From: an uncultured Chlamydiae bacterium
GTDB taxonomy: Bacteria; Chlamydiota; Chlamydiia; Chlamydiales; SM23-39
Direction of reading: 5' to 3'
NCBI GenBank assembly: GCA_963828125.1
Contig: CAWHDP010000002.1
Coordinates: forward strand, 128,001-192,000
Length of the DNA: 64,000 nt
The position numbers and the translations under genes were made by a program. Numbering within the stretch: position 1 is the first letter of the stretch; each line of letters opens with the position of its first letter. Under the pieces are notes generated by a model, which was given only the letters and a program-made list of their open reading frames with translations, made no database searches and was not told where the DNA came from. Of this stretch, positions 1 through 9,839 are shown piece after piece.

Positions 1-1
1 G

Positions 2-112
2 CTAATATGCCCTATGTGCCTAGATACCTGGCAATCTGTGAATTACGATGGTGCTTTAGTGCGATGTTCGAATTGTCAGGCAATATTGAATAATCCTCGT
101 CACCTGAAATAG
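2..112 (+). CDS. 3' end of a hypothetical protein with a C-terminal zinc ribbon (partial)
   Basis: Manual translation LICPMCLDTWQSVNYDGALVRCSNCQAILNNPRHLK*, with two CxxC motifs; open to the window edge. Confidence 0.6.
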   Translation, partial: LICPMCLDTWQSVNYDGALVRCSNCQAILNNPRHLK

Positions 113-522
113 TAAGGGGTTGTCCAACAATAACTTTGAGAGCTGTATACTCTCTCAAATAACACATTGTAACGTGTTGGCACTCTGCGTGTTGGAAGAC
201 GCTGTAGAATCGGTCTTGATCTCATAGAGCAGATCCATTGTACGCGAGAATTTTGTTTTTTTCAACAGAGTGAAAAATGAAAAAAACGAACCTATTGTTC
301 CGATCATGGGATTTTTGGCCGTTTTTTTGTGTTAGCAACAAAAAATTCCAACCCATGATCGTTTTTTTAACAAGAGATTCTTTTAAATTCTGTTGAAAAT
401 TTAGACAACTGTTAAGCTGCGAGATTCAAATTTGAACTGATTTTGCGCCGCTTCGGCGCGAAATGAGTCCAAACTCCAGGTCTCTATGCGCCGATCAATG
501 GCAAGGGCCCAAGTAAAACAAC

Positions 523-557
523 GAACCGCGCACATCTTTTCACGCGGTTCATTTTTT
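523..557. terminator. Intrinsic terminator-like hairpin
   Basis: GAACCGCG...CGCGGTTC stem with T-rich tails on both strands, just downstream of the minus-strand lipoprotein gene. Confidence 0.5.
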
Positions 558-561
558 GTCT

Positions 562-690
562 TTACTTAGGTTGTTCGTCGCAGCAGCTTTTTCCGCCTGG
601 ATAGGGGGTAAATTCCTCATCTTCCTTGCTGCACGAGCAGCCGGCGAGAAATAGTGTCAGGGCCAAGGTCAAAATCAATTTCATCTTCAT
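562..690 (-). CDS. Small Cys-containing lipoprotein (42 aa)
   Basis: MKMKLILTLALTLFLAGC lipobox, GGAG upstream of the ATG, directly downstream of the TolC gene. Confidence 0.7.
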   Translation of the reverse strand: MKMKLILTLALTLFLAGCSCSKEDEEFTPYPGGKSCCDEQPK

Positions 691-706
691 ATAGAGAGCT
701 CCATAG

Positions 707-2137
707 TTAGTTTGCATCCACTCCCGTTGAATAACGGATTTGGTAATATGCTGCAAGGAGATCGAAGCTTGCCTGATTTTGTTGGTTGCGGGCTTGGGCG
801 AGCTGATTGACTGAATCGCGGTATTCTAGGGGGGCTATTCTTCCAAACTCGAGTTTTTCTTGCGCCTGTAGACGGGCCTGTTCAGCGACATAAACCGCTT
901 GAGTGGCAGAGGAATAGGTGAGCATCGCCTCTTCGAGCTGATAGAGTCCGTTCCGGATCTCCACCTCGATCTGCTGCCACTCCTGATCGTAGCTGATTTT
1001 CGAAGAAGATTTCACCGACCGGGCCTCTCGCACCTCATGCTCTCTCAGCAGGCTGTCAAAGAGATTCCAACTCAAAACGACCCCTGCCGACCAGTCGTAG
1101 GCCTCTCTGAAGAAGGGACGGGTCCCCAGGTCGACGTCGTTATAGGAATAACGGACATAGCCCGAAATTTTGGGGAGATAGGTTCCCAATTTCGTATTGA
1201 CGTTTTGGGTTGCGACGTCTACTTCGAGTTTGCGGGCGAGGAGATCGGGCCTGAGCGAGAGGGCCAAATCGAGGTAATTTTGCACCTCTTCAGGGGAAAA
1301 CAGGGTGAGCTTCCGTGCATTTTCCAGCCGGTCGATGTGGAGCAAATAGTCATTGGTGCTCGGAAACGTATCCATCCGGTAGTTGAATTTTTGTTCGAGT
1401 TCTTTCAATTTTAGAGCGAGCTCAGGAATCGCCTCGATGGGCTGTTTAGCCTCGCGGAGCCCCATTTCTGGTTCGAGCAGCGGATCGATTCCGAGCGTTA
1501 AAATCAGCGCATTTCTCGCATTTTTCAGATCTTTGAGCGTAGAGTAATATAGCGAGATCGCATTAGCTACAGAGACTTTGCTTTGATTGACCTCGAAAGG
1601 AGTGGAACTTCCCGCCTCCAATTTCCCCTGCTCTTGCTGCAGTGCATAAGCGAGATAATCGATGTTCTCCCGTTCGATGAGGAGCGCCTTTTCGAAGAGG
1701 AGGACGGCGTAGTATCGATCGCGGACGGCAAGGAGGAGTTCGTTTTTTGTATTGGCTTGAGTATAACTATAAACCTCTGCCTCCAGCTCCTTCGATTTGA
1801 GCCCGAAAATCAGATCGGTCGAAAAAATCGGCTGGCTGAGCTGCAAAATGCTGCTATAGCCCTGATGGCTGAAGGCGAATTTCGAACTAAATACGTTGAA
1901 AAAAAGCTCTTTTTTGTCGATTTCCCGAAATTCTGCCCGATAGCCGATCGCGGGGAGCCAGCGGGAGACAGCCTGTTTTTTTCTCTCCTTGGCTTGAATA
2001 GTGCTCTCTTGGGCGATCAGATAATTTTTGTTCAGCTCGAGCGCGATCTCTTCAGCCCCTTGCAAGGAGAGATCCTTCAGCAGAAGGTCGGAAAATAGGG
2101 GAGCGGACAAGAGGAGAAAAAAAAATGTTTTACTCAT
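707..2137 (-). CDS. TolC-family outer membrane efflux protein
   Basis: Signal peptide, two OEP-type repeats, WSAGVVLSWNLFD strand, C-terminal GRIAPLEYRDS motif. Confidence 0.85.
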   Translation of the reverse strand: MSKTFFFLLLSAPLFSDLLLKDLSLQGAEEIALELNKNYLIAQESTIQAKERKKQAVSRWLPAIGYRAEFREIDKKELFFNVFSSKFAFSHQGYSSILQLSQPIFSTDLIFGLKSKELEAEVYSYTQANTKNELLLAVRDRYYAVLLFEKALLIERENIDYLAYALQQEQGKLEAGSSTPFEVNQSKVSVANAISLYYSTLKDLKNARNALILTLGIDPLLEPEMGLREAKQPIEAIPELALKLKELEQKFNYRMDTFPSTNDYLLHIDRLENARKLTLFSPEEVQNYLDLALSLRPDLLARKLEVDVATQNVNTKLGTYLPKISGYVRYSYNDVDLGTRPFFREAYDWSAGVVLSWNLFDSLLREHEVREARSVKSSSKISYDQEWQQIEVEIRNGLYQLEEAMLTYSSATQAVYVAEQARLQAQEKLEFGRIAPLEYRDSVNQLAQARNQQNQASFDLLAAYYQIRYSTGVDAN

Positions 2138-2188
2138 TACCCCTCCATATACTAAGATTGAATATTTTAGAACATGGGCATTTTCTCT

Positions 2189-3544
2189 ATGGACGTATTA
2201 TTTCTCTCTCGCATCCAGTTTGCTCTGAACACCTGTTTTCACTATCTCTATCCTCCCATCAGCATCGGCCTCGGCTTGATGCTGGTCATTATGGAGGGGA
2301 TGTATTTGAAAACAAAGGAGGTCAAGTACAAAAAAATGACCGATTTTTGGATCAAGATTTTTTCTTTGACCTTTGCTCTCGGAGTGGCAACGGGGCTTGT
2401 GCAGACATTTGCCTTTGGAACGAATTGGGCCCGCTATTCTCGGTTTGTCGGCGACGTCTTTGGGAGCGCGCTTGCAGCTGAGGGGGTCTTTGCCTTTTTC
2501 TTAGAAGCTGGGTTTCTCGGCATCCTCCTCTTCGGTTGGGATCGGGTCGGCCCTAAACTCCACTATTTTGCCAATATCTGCGTCTGTCTCGGCGCCCACT
2601 TTAGCGCTGTTTGGATCGTCGTCGCAAACTCGTGGATGCAGACCCCTGCCGGTTTTCACATTGTCGACACCCCCCTCGGCCCCCGCGCTGAAATCACCGC
2701 TTTTTGGGAGATGGTCTTTAACCCTTCCACTCTCGACCGTCTCTGCCATGTACTGCTCGGCTGCTGGCTTACAGGGGCCTTTTTTGTGATCAGCGTCGCC
2801 GCCTACTACCTCCTTAAACGAAAACACCAAGAGATCGCCCACTCAATGATGTACATTGGCCTGAGCTTTGCCAGCGTGTCGCTCATCCTCCAACTCTTTT
2901 CGGGCGACTCGAGCGCACGGCTCATCGCCCAGTATCAGCCCGCCAAACTCGCCGCTTTCGAAGGGCTCTATAAAACGGTCCCCTCGACCCCCATTTCGGT
3001 CGTCGGATGGGTCGATGGGAAGAGCGAGACCGTCCATTCGATCAAAATCCCTGCCGCCCTTAGTTTGATGACCTACCGGAATTTCAAGACGCCCGTCGCC
3101 GGCCTCGACCAGATCCCCCGCGATGAGTGGCCCAACGTGCCCCTCACTTTCCAGACCTACCACATCATGGTCGCCGTGTGGGGACTCCTCTTCCTCATCG
3201 CGGCGCTCGGTATTTACTATGGGCGGAAAAAAACGCTCGACCGAAAACGGTGGCTCCTTTGGGCCATGGTGGGCTCCGTCATCCTTCCCCACATCGCCCA
3301 GCAATGTGGATGGATCTCCGCCGAAGTGGGGAGACAGCCGTGGATCGTCTGGAAAGCGCTCAGGACAAGCGAAGGCGTTTCCACCGCGATCACCGCCTCT
3401 CAAGTCTTTGGCTCGATCACCATGTTCCTTTTTATCTACATCCTCCTCTTTGCCCTTTTTCTTTTCCTCCTCGACCGGAAAATCAAGCACGGCCCTGAGG
3501 AGATCTCTCCCGACGACATGGTTTACCGCGAAGCGAGGTTCTGA
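2189..3544 (+). CDS. cydA: Cytochrome bd ubiquinol oxidase subunit I
   Basis: RIQFA..FHYLYP, FGTNW, NSWMQTP, QPAKLAAFEG and EVGRQPW motifs; alternative start at 2174. Confidence 0.97.
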   Translation: MDVLFLSRIQFALNTCFHYLYPPISIGLGLMLVIMEGMYLKTKEVKYKKMTDFWIKIFSLTFALGVATGLVQTFAFGTNWARYSRFVGDVFGSALAAEGVFAFFLEAGFLGILLFGWDRVGPKLHYFANICVCLGAHFSAVWIVVANSWMQTPAGFHIVDTPLGPRAEITAFWEMVFNPSTLDRLCHVLLGCWLTGAFFVISVAAYYLLKRKHQEIAHSMMYIGLSFASVSLILQLFSGDSSARLIAQYQPAKLAAFEGLYKTVPSTPISVVGWVDGKSETVHSIKIPAALSLMTYRNFKTPVAGLDQIPRDEWPNVPLTFQTYHIMVAVWGLLFLIAALGIYYGRKKTLDRKRWLLWAMVGSVILPHIAQQCGWISAEVGRQPWIVWKALRTSEGVSTAITASQVFGSITMFLFIYILLFALFLFLLDRKIKHGPEEISPDDMVYREARF

Positions 3545-4557
3545 TGGCGTTTTTGTGGTATATTGTTTTAGGCGTCGCATCGATGGCCTACTGTATTTTA
3601 GACGGCTTTGATCTCGGCGTCGGGGCGCTCCACCTCTTTGCAAAAAACGACAACCAGAGACGGATCTTTCTGAACGCCATCGGCCCCGTTTGGGATGGGA
3701 ATGAAGTATGGATTGTGATTATGATGGGAGGGCTCTTTGCCGGCTTCCCGAACGCCTATGCGACGATTTTTTCCGGCTTTTACACTCTTTTTATGTTTTT
3801 GATTGCCGGCCTGATGTTCCGCGCTGCCGCCATTGAATTCCGGAGCAAAAGGGAGTCGCCGCTCTGGCGCTCGTTCTGGGATGTGATGTTTTCCCTTTCG
3901 AGCATCCTTGTCGGCCTGGTGATTGGCCTGCTCCTCGGCAATATGATCGAAGGGATTCCCCTCAATGCGCAACAAGACTATGTCGGCGCCTTCGCCGATT
4001 TTTTCCGCCCTTATTCAATCATTGTAAGCATTACGGCGATGTCCCTTTTTGCCATGCATGGGACCATTTATCTCACGATGAAAACAGAAGGAGAGGCGCA
4101 CGAAGTGGTTCGGAAATGGATCAACAAGGCGATTGCCGTTTTCATCTTTTTCTATCTGCTCACCACCGTTGCAACGGTGATTTATATGCCCCACATGATT
4201 CAACATATTCTCGACCACCCCTATGCGATGATCTTTCCGCTGATTGCCCTTCTCGCCATCCTCAATATTCCGCGGCTCGTCAGCCAAGGGAAAGACGGGT
4301 GGGCCTTCATCTTCTCTTCGATGAGCATTGCCCTGCTGCTGATTTTGTTCAGCCTCGGCACCTATCCGACGATTGTCCGCTCGACGATGGATCCAGAGAC
4401 GAATAGCCTGACTATTTTCAATTCTGCATCGAGTGAAAAAACCCTCTCGCTGCTTCTGATTGTGGTCGTGATCGGCGTTCCCCTCGTCCTCGCCTATGGC
4501 GCATGGATCTACCGTATTTTCCGCGGCAAGGTGCGGCTCGAAAAATCGAGTTATTAA
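3544..4557 (+). CDS. cydB: Cytochrome bd ubiquinol oxidase subunit II
   Basis: LDGFDLGVG and GPVWDGNEVW motifs; coupled to cydA. Confidence 0.97.
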   Translation: MAFLWYIVLGVASMAYCILDGFDLGVGALHLFAKNDNQRRIFLNAIGPVWDGNEVWIVIMMGGLFAGFPNAYATIFSGFYTLFMFLIAGLMFRAAAIEFRSKRESPLWRSFWDVMFSLSSILVGLVIGLLLGNMIEGIPLNAQQDYVGAFADFFRPYSIIVSITAMSLFAMHGTIYLTMKTEGEAHEVVRKWINKAIAVFIFFYLLTTVATVIYMPHMIQHILDHPYAMIFPLIALLAILNIPRLVSQGKDGWAFIFSSMSIALLLILFSLGTYPTIVRSTMDPETNSLTIFNSASSEKTLSLLLIVVVIGVPLVLAYGAWIYRIFRGKVRLEKSSY

Positions 4558-5144
4558 ATGTTTCCCGGGAAGCCGACTACCGCCTCGTAGCATTGGAGCA
4601 GATGGCGCGCCCCGTTCATAGCTCGATGGGGTTTCGCTTCGCCTGGCAGCTTATATTGCGCGGCGATGAGATCTTTAGAAATCCCCGTTTCCCAGGGAAA
4701 CGGTCCCATGTTCTCTTTGGCTTTGCGGATTGAGAGGGCCCAATACATGGAGGCTAGGTCGAGCCAATGGTACGGCCAGCTGAGCAGCTCTTGGGTATCG
4801 GGGTCGATGAGCTGAGAAAAAAAGATCCTGTCGAAGGAAGGATTCTGGCAGATAAATACGGCTTTTTTTCTCCGAACGCCGCAACGGGTGAATACGTCGA
4901 TGATTGTCTGTGAAGCGTGGCGAGCCGTTTTTCCCTTCGAAACCTCATTCCAAGTGAATCCATTGATCCGCAAACTCTCCTGATCGCTCTTTTCCCACGC
5001 TTCAATGGAGGGGGCGATGAGTGTTTGATACTCTTCCTTCAATGCGCCGCTCGTCAGATCGACGATCTGAAAAGCGAGCTCAACGATTCTATGAATCTGC
5101 GAGTTAAGTCCATTTGTTTCTGTATCGAGAAATACACCTATCAC
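4554..5144 (-). CDS. DEDDh 3'-5' exonuclease
   Basis: FLDTETNGL, QNPSFD and HRAMNG motifs. Confidence 0.85.
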   Translation of the reverse strand: MIGVFLDTETNGLNSQIHRIVELAFQIVDLTSGALKEEYQTLIAPSIEAWEKSDQESLRINGFTWNEVSKGKTARHASQTIIDVFTRCGVRRKKAVFICQNPSFDRIFFSQLIDPDTQELLSWPYHWLDLASMYWALSIRKAKENMGPFPWETGISKDLIAAQYKLPGEAKPHRAMNGARHLLQCYEAVVGFPGNI

Positions 5145-5294
5145 GGCCCAGTCCCCAAGAGGGTAAGAGGGCCATTGTAGTATTTTCAGTAAAAATAAGC
5201 AAGATCAGAGTGGCGAGAGCAGCAGCTCCCGCTGGAAGTGGGAACTCGCGAACTTCTTCCGCTCTGTGAGAAATAGCGGCTATGTCAAGAGATT

Positions 5295-5342
5295 TATACT
5301 GCGGCCACCCCAAATTCATATTTTTGAGGTGGCCGCAGTATA
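5295..5342. repeat. 48-bp palindromic element, family A copy 1
   Basis: TATACTGCGGCCACCCCAAA-TTCATATT-TTTGAGGTGGCCGCAGTATA. Confidence 0.95.
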
Positions 5343-5495
5343 TCATGCAATTTCCCTGACACTTGAAAATAAAAATTTTTAATTAAATTGTTATTTTTCT
5401 ATTTACTGTATCTATATTCTGGTTTTTTTGTATAATCCTTGCAACATCATGCGTCTCGCATAATATGGAACAAAATGAAAATAGTGTCAGGATTC

Positions 5496-7025
5496 ATGGA
5501 ATCACACGTTCTGCAAGTGCAAAATGAACGATTTCAAAAATTAGTATCTGGTTACAATATCAGTAAACAGGTCTGGAATCAAGGTGGTGTCAAAAAAATT
5601 GTTGCATGTGTGGTGGCTTTTTTTGAATTATTAAGAAATTTAGTTGTTTTGATTCCTAATGCAGTCATTACGTTAGCGAACCGTTTCCATCCCATTGTTT
5701 TTCCCGCTCAAAAAGAATTGACCAACCCAAATCCGAGTCATCCAGAGAATAACAAAAATGCCATAGAATTAAAACAACCGGATCCAGTCAAAATAGAAAC
5801 TCCCAGTTTGTTTCGTAGAACGGTAAATAAAATATATGGTTTTTTAAAAAATCATCCTGTTGCATGCGGATTGGGATTAGCCGCAGGACTAGGCATTGGA
5901 GGGGCCGTATACATGGGAGCTTTTTCTTCAGCAGCAGGAGGCGGATTAGCTGTTACGGGGCCTTGTATGGGGTCTGGAGCTTTCATGCAAGCGGTAGCTG
6001 AATTAACGGCTACTTGTGAGGCGTCTACAGCGGCAGGTACTACAGCGGCAGGAGTAGCTTCGACGGTTACGGGGTCAGGAGTCGCATTGGGTGGATTAAA
6101 TGCTGGAGGAACTTGTGCGGCGCCTGGAGCTTTCATGGAAGCGGTAGCTGGATTAACGGCTACTTGTGAGGCGTCTACAGCGACAGGTACTACAGCAGCA
6201 GGAGTAGCTTCGACGGTCACGGGGTCAGGAGTCGCATTGGGTGGATTAGATGCTGGAGGAACTTGTGCGGCGCCTGGAGCTTTCATGAAGTCAGTGGCTG
6301 AATTAGCTGCTCGAGGAACTTGTGCGGCGCCTGGAGCTTTCATGAAGTCAGTGGCTGAATTAGCTGCTCGAGGAACTTGTGCGGCGCCTGGAGCTTTCAT
6401 GAAGTCAGTGGATGGATTAGCTGCTCGAGGAACTTGTCCGGCGCCTGGAGCTTTCATGAAGTCAGTGGATGGATTAGCTGCTCGAGGAACTTTTGCGGCG
6501 CCTGGTAGAGTTTCTGAGTTTATTACGGGTTTTTTCAGTTTAAAGACATTGGTTATGGCAATTAGCGCATTCGTAGCTGGATTTTTCACTATACGGGCCG
6601 CGCGCGACTTCTGCGAAATGTTGCCGCCGGAGCCAAAAAAAAATAAATCGCATATAATAGCGGCAATGCGAGAGAGGGATCAAAAGAACGAAAACATCAG
6701 AGAACAGAAGAGACAAAAAGAAGAACAGCTAGCGGCACAACGACAACGACACATGGAGGAACAACAACGACAAATGGAGGCATACCAACAACGAACAATA
6801 GAGGCAGAACGATTAACGCAGAGCGCCAAAAGGTTCCCTTTGAAACGGAATGAAAAATACGGCCCATTTGAGCATCTACCTCCTTTTACTAACCAGGGAG
6901 GTGGATATATACATAGTTTGTCATCGTCTCAAGCAGTTGGGCAAGCCGCATCTGATCTGGCAAAGCAAACTCGAGGACGACGGGGTCGACGACGGGGTCA
7001 GGGTCAGCCCACCAAGAAACAATGA
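5496..7025 (+). CDS. Hypothetical membrane protein with internal tandem repeats and a C-terminal coiled coil (Inc/effector-like)
   Basis: Two hydrophobic segments flank the repeats, followed by a Q/E/R-rich helix; start uncertain (5439, 5475 or 5496). Confidence 0.75.
   Translation: MESHVLQVQNERFQKLVSGYNISKQVWNQGGVKKIVACVVAFFELLRNLVVLIPNAVITLANRFHPIVFPAQKELTNPNPSHPENNKNAIELKQPDPVKIETPSLFRRTVNKIYGFLKNHPVACGLGLAAGLGIGGAVYMGAFSSAAGGGLAVTGPCMGSGAFMQAVAELTATCEASTAAGTTAAGVASTVTGSGVALGGLNAGGTCAAPGAFMEAVAGLTATCEASTATGTTAAGVASTVTGSGVALGGLDAGGTCAAPGAFMKSVAELAARGTCAAPGAFMKSVAELAARGTCAAPGAFMKSVDGLAARGTCPAPGAFMKSVDGLAARGTFAAPGRVSEFITGFFSLKTLVMAISAFVAGFFTIRAARDFCEMLPPEPKKNKSHIIAAMRERDQKNENIREQKRQKEEQLAAQRQRHMEEQQRQMEAYQQRTIEAERLTQSAKRFPLKRNEKYGPFEHLPPFTNQGGGYIHSLSSSQAVGQAASDLAKQTRGRRGRRRGQGQPTKKQ
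5974..6505 (+). repeat. Coding tandem repeats: 2 x 150 bp then 4 x 57 bp
   Basis: CTGGAGCTTTCATG anchor at 5974, 6124, 6274, 6331, 6388 and 6445; partial at 6502. Confidence 0.95.
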
Positions 7026-7101
7026 TTAGATCTTCTGTTTACAAAGAGTATGCATAAACTAGGAAATCTGGTAGACTGCCCGAAAACCTACCCCGGACGC
7101 C

Positions 7102-7536
7102 ATGCCCCTACCTCCGCAAAAATTTAGAGAAGCCGTTTTTCAGATCTTGTATAGCGCCGATTTCGGCTCTGAGTCGGACGCGATGGTTCCGTTTATGATG
7201 CAGGAGCTGCAGACGACCCGGAGGGCAATGCTTGAGGCGAAGAGCCGGGTGGGCGAGATTCTAGCGAGGCAAACCGAGATCGATGAAATCATCACTGCTG
7301 CCTCTACTGAGTATACGTTTGAGCGGATTTCGCGTGTTGAGAAGACTCTCCTCCGCCTCGGGTGTTTTGAGCTTTTATTCGACCCCTCTCTTCCAGCCCA
7401 GATTGTGATTGCCGAGTCGGTTCGTCTTTGCCGCAAGTTTGGGACTCCCGAAAGCGCTCAGTTTGTGAATGCGATTTTAGATGGAGTTTATAAAAAACAT
7501 GGCGCTCCAGCTCCAAACGTGCCGCAGCCTGTCTGA
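7102..7536 (+). CDS. nusB: Transcription antitermination factor NusB
   Basis: KFREAVFQILY, LRLGCFEL and FVNAILD motifs. Confidence 0.93.
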   Translation: MPLPPQKFREAVFQILYSADFGSESDAMVPFMMQELQTTRRAMLEAKSRVGEILARQTEIDEIITAASTEYTFERISRVEKTLLRLGCFELLFDPSLPAQIVIAESVRLCRKFGTPESAQFVNAILDGVYKKHGAPAPNVPQPV

Positions 7537-8341
7537 ATTTTCTACATTTGGAATCGGCGGGCCCATCCGTTATTTCGTCGAAGTGGCCACCATCGAAGAG
7601 ATGGACGAGGTCTTTCGGCTCGATTTCCCTAAGCTGATTATTGGCAAAGGCTCTAACTGTTTATTTAGCGATCAAGGATTTAGCGGCCTTGTGATTCTCA
7701 ACAAAATCGATTTTTGCAATTGGAATGGCGGAGAGGTGACTGCCGGTTCTGGGTATTCTTTTTCTCTACTCGGCGTCCAAACGGCCCGCAAAGGGTTGTC
7801 AGGGCTCGAATTCGCATCGGGGATTCCTGCGACTGTCGGCGGCGCCGTCTTTATGAATGCTGGCGCAAACGGATCAGAGACTTCTAAGAGCGTGAAATCG
7901 GTCCTTTTTTTTGACGGATGCCGCCATAGGGAATATCTCCGCTCAGAGATTGCATTCGGCTATAGGAGTTCCCCTTTTCAGAAAATGGGTGGGGTGATCC
8001 TCTCTGCCACTTTTTCTTTAACGCCATCGGAAGAGGCGCGGAAATCGCAATTAGAGATCATCGATTACCGAATAAAAACCCAGCCGCTAAAAGAAAAAAG
8101 CATCGGCTGTATTTTCCGCAATCCGCAAGGCGTCTCTGCGGGGGCCCTCATCGACCGATGCGGCCTTAAGGGGGCTTCGGTCGGCTCTGCGAAAGTCTCA
8201 GAAATACACGCTAACTTCATTGTGAATCGAGGGAACGCCTCTGCCGAAGAGGTTAAACAGCTCATTCGACTTGTGCAGGAAAAGGTTTTAGAGCAAACTG
8301 GAGTTTGTCTCGAACCTGAAATCCGAATGATCGATGCCTAA
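7499..8341 (+). CDS. murB: UDP-N-acetylmuramate dehydrogenase
   Basis: STFGIGGP, GKGSN, GIPATVGGAVFMNAGA, GCIFRNP and HANFIVN motifs. Confidence 0.96.
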   Translation: MALQLQTCRSLSEFSTFGIGGPIRYFVEVATIEEMDEVFRLDFPKLIIGKGSNCLFSDQGFSGLVILNKIDFCNWNGGEVTAGSGYSFSLLGVQTARKGLSGLEFASGIPATVGGAVFMNAGANGSETSKSVKSVLFFDGCRHREYLRSEIAFGYRSSPFQKMGGVILSATFSLTPSEEARKSQLEIIDYRIKTQPLKEKSIGCIFRNPQGVSAGALIDRCGLKGASVGSAKVSEIHANFIVNRGNASAEEVKQLIRLVQEKVLEQTGVCLEPEIRMIDA

Positions 8342-9161
8342 AGAATTTCGCGCTGATATCCACTGCCACACAAACTGTTCCGATGGATCAGACGCTCCTC
8401 TCGCCCTTCTTCGCCTAGCTAGGGAGGCTGATTTGCAAGGGCTCTCGATCACTGACCACGATACGATAGACGCTTATACCCCTGAACTCTTTGTGGAAGC
8501 GAAGAGTCTTGACGTCCTCCTCTTGCCAGGGATCGAAATCTCCTCTGAATTGGACGACGTGTCGGTCCACATCCTCGGCTATGGCTTTGATCTTAACGAC
8601 GCGGGATTAAAGGAATTTCTCATCCTGATGCAAGAGAGGAGAGGAGAGCGGAATCGGGCGATTCTGAAGAAGCTAGCAGAGCGAAAGATGCCGATTTCTG
8701 AGGAGGAGTTGAATGCCTTTGCAACGGAGCGGACCGTCGGTAGGCCTCACATTGCCCAAATGATGGTGAGGAAAAGGTATGTGGCCACCATACAGGAGGC
8801 TTTTGAAATCTATCTGAAAGAAGGGGGGCTTTGCTACGCCTCTGGCATTAAATATTCGCCCCGCGAAGTGATCGATCAGATCCATAAAGCGAGGGGACAG
8901 GCGGTCCTCGCCCACCCCCACTTCATTAAAAAAGGGGCTTTTTTAAGAAAACTGCTCGACCTCCCGTTCGACGGGCTCGAATGCTATTACTCAAGGCTCG
9001 CTAAAGCGCTCGAGCTCCCCTGGCTAAAAATTGCCAAAGAGCGAGGACTCATCGCTACCGGCGGCTCCGATTACCACGGCGCTCTCAAGCCCCACATCCC
9101 GCTCGGATGCTCATGGGTCGGCGAACAGACCTTCACTCGACTTCTTCACAATCCAAAATAG
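8334..9161 (+). CDS. PHP-domain metal-dependent phosphoesterase (TrpH/YciV-like)
   Basis: DIHCHTNCSDG, ITDHD, AHP and GGSDYHG motifs. Confidence 0.9.
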   Translation: MPKEFRADIHCHTNCSDGSDAPLALLRLAREADLQGLSITDHDTIDAYTPELFVEAKSLDVLLLPGIEISSELDDVSVHILGYGFDLNDAGLKEFLILMQERRGERNRAILKKLAERKMPISEEELNAFATERTVGRPHIAQMMVRKRYVATIQEAFEIYLKEGGLCYASGIKYSPREVIDQIHKARGQAVLAHPHFIKKGAFLRKLLDLPFDGLECYYSRLAKALELPWLKIAKERGLIATGGSDYHGALKPHIPLGCSWVGEQTFTRLLHNPK

Positions 9162-9677
9162 CGAAGGGGCTCTTGTCCGGTTTACCCACCGATGATGGCA
9201 CGCCGACCCCACGGCATACGGCAAACGGGCAGCCCACTCTCCAATTGCCTGCTCCTCGCGGAGCCCCTCCTCATGGCCCGGATAGCACACCACTGAAAGA
9301 GCGCCTCCGGGCGCCAGCAAACGGAGGCTTTTATCTAGACTCGATAAGGTCGATTCCGTTTGGGTCGTGATCGACTTCTCTCCTCCCGGCAAGTAACCCA
9401 GGTTGTAGACGATCAGCTTGGGAGGCGAGGGGAGGGGGATCTGGTCGATCGCCTCGTGCGACAAACAATAAATCAATGCCTGCCGCCCCTCTTTTTCCAA
9501 AAGAGCCTTTGTGTTTTGTACAGCCACCCTTTGAATATCGATCCCAATCACAGAACAAATTCCCGCTAAAAACAATGTGTCGTATCCATTGCCGCACGTA
9601 GAGTCGATCGCCCAATCAGAGCTTTTTAAAAGCCCCTTCCAATAATTTTTTGCCAATAAAAGATGAGGTGCGCGCAT
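9111..9677 (-). CDS. Class I SAM-dependent RNA methyltransferase (YtqB/MnmM-like)
   Basis: IDSTCGNGYDT, YNLGYLPGG and CYPGHEEG motifs. Confidence 0.85.
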   Translation of the reverse strand: MRAPHLLLAKNYWKGLLKSSDWAIDSTCGNGYDTLFLAGICSVIGIDIQRVAVQNTKALLEKEGRQALIYCLSHEAIDQIPLPSPPKLIVYNLGYLPGGEKSITTQTESTLSSLDKSLRLLAPGGALSVVCYPGHEEGLREEQAIGEWAARLPYAVGSACHHRWVNRTRAPSLFWIVKKSSEGLFADP

Positions 9678-9752
9678 GCCGATATTATACCCGCGCAACC
9701 CATTTTTCTTCCCATTTATTCCCCATTTGGCTATGATGCTTAAAGTTTGAAA

Positions 9753-9826
9753 GGGGTGTTAGCTCAGTTGGTTAGAGCGCTACGTTGACATCGTAGAGGT
9801 CAGCTGTTCGAGTCAGCTACATCCCA
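9753..9826 (+). tRNA. tRNA-Val(GAC)
   Basis: GGGGTGT/ACATCCC acceptor stem, CTACG-TTGACAT-CGTAG anticodon arm, TTCGAGT T-loop. Confidence 0.96.
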
Positions 9827-9839
9827 ACCTTGATGGTTC

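Noticed and set aside
5104..5346. Short ORFs containing YCGHPK/LGWPQY (also 29849, 47137, 47207, 60686)
   Set aside because: The shared peptide is just the translated family A palindrome
5852..6589. 245-aa minus-strand repeat ORF
   Set aside because: Antisense shadow of the repeat-containing + strand gene
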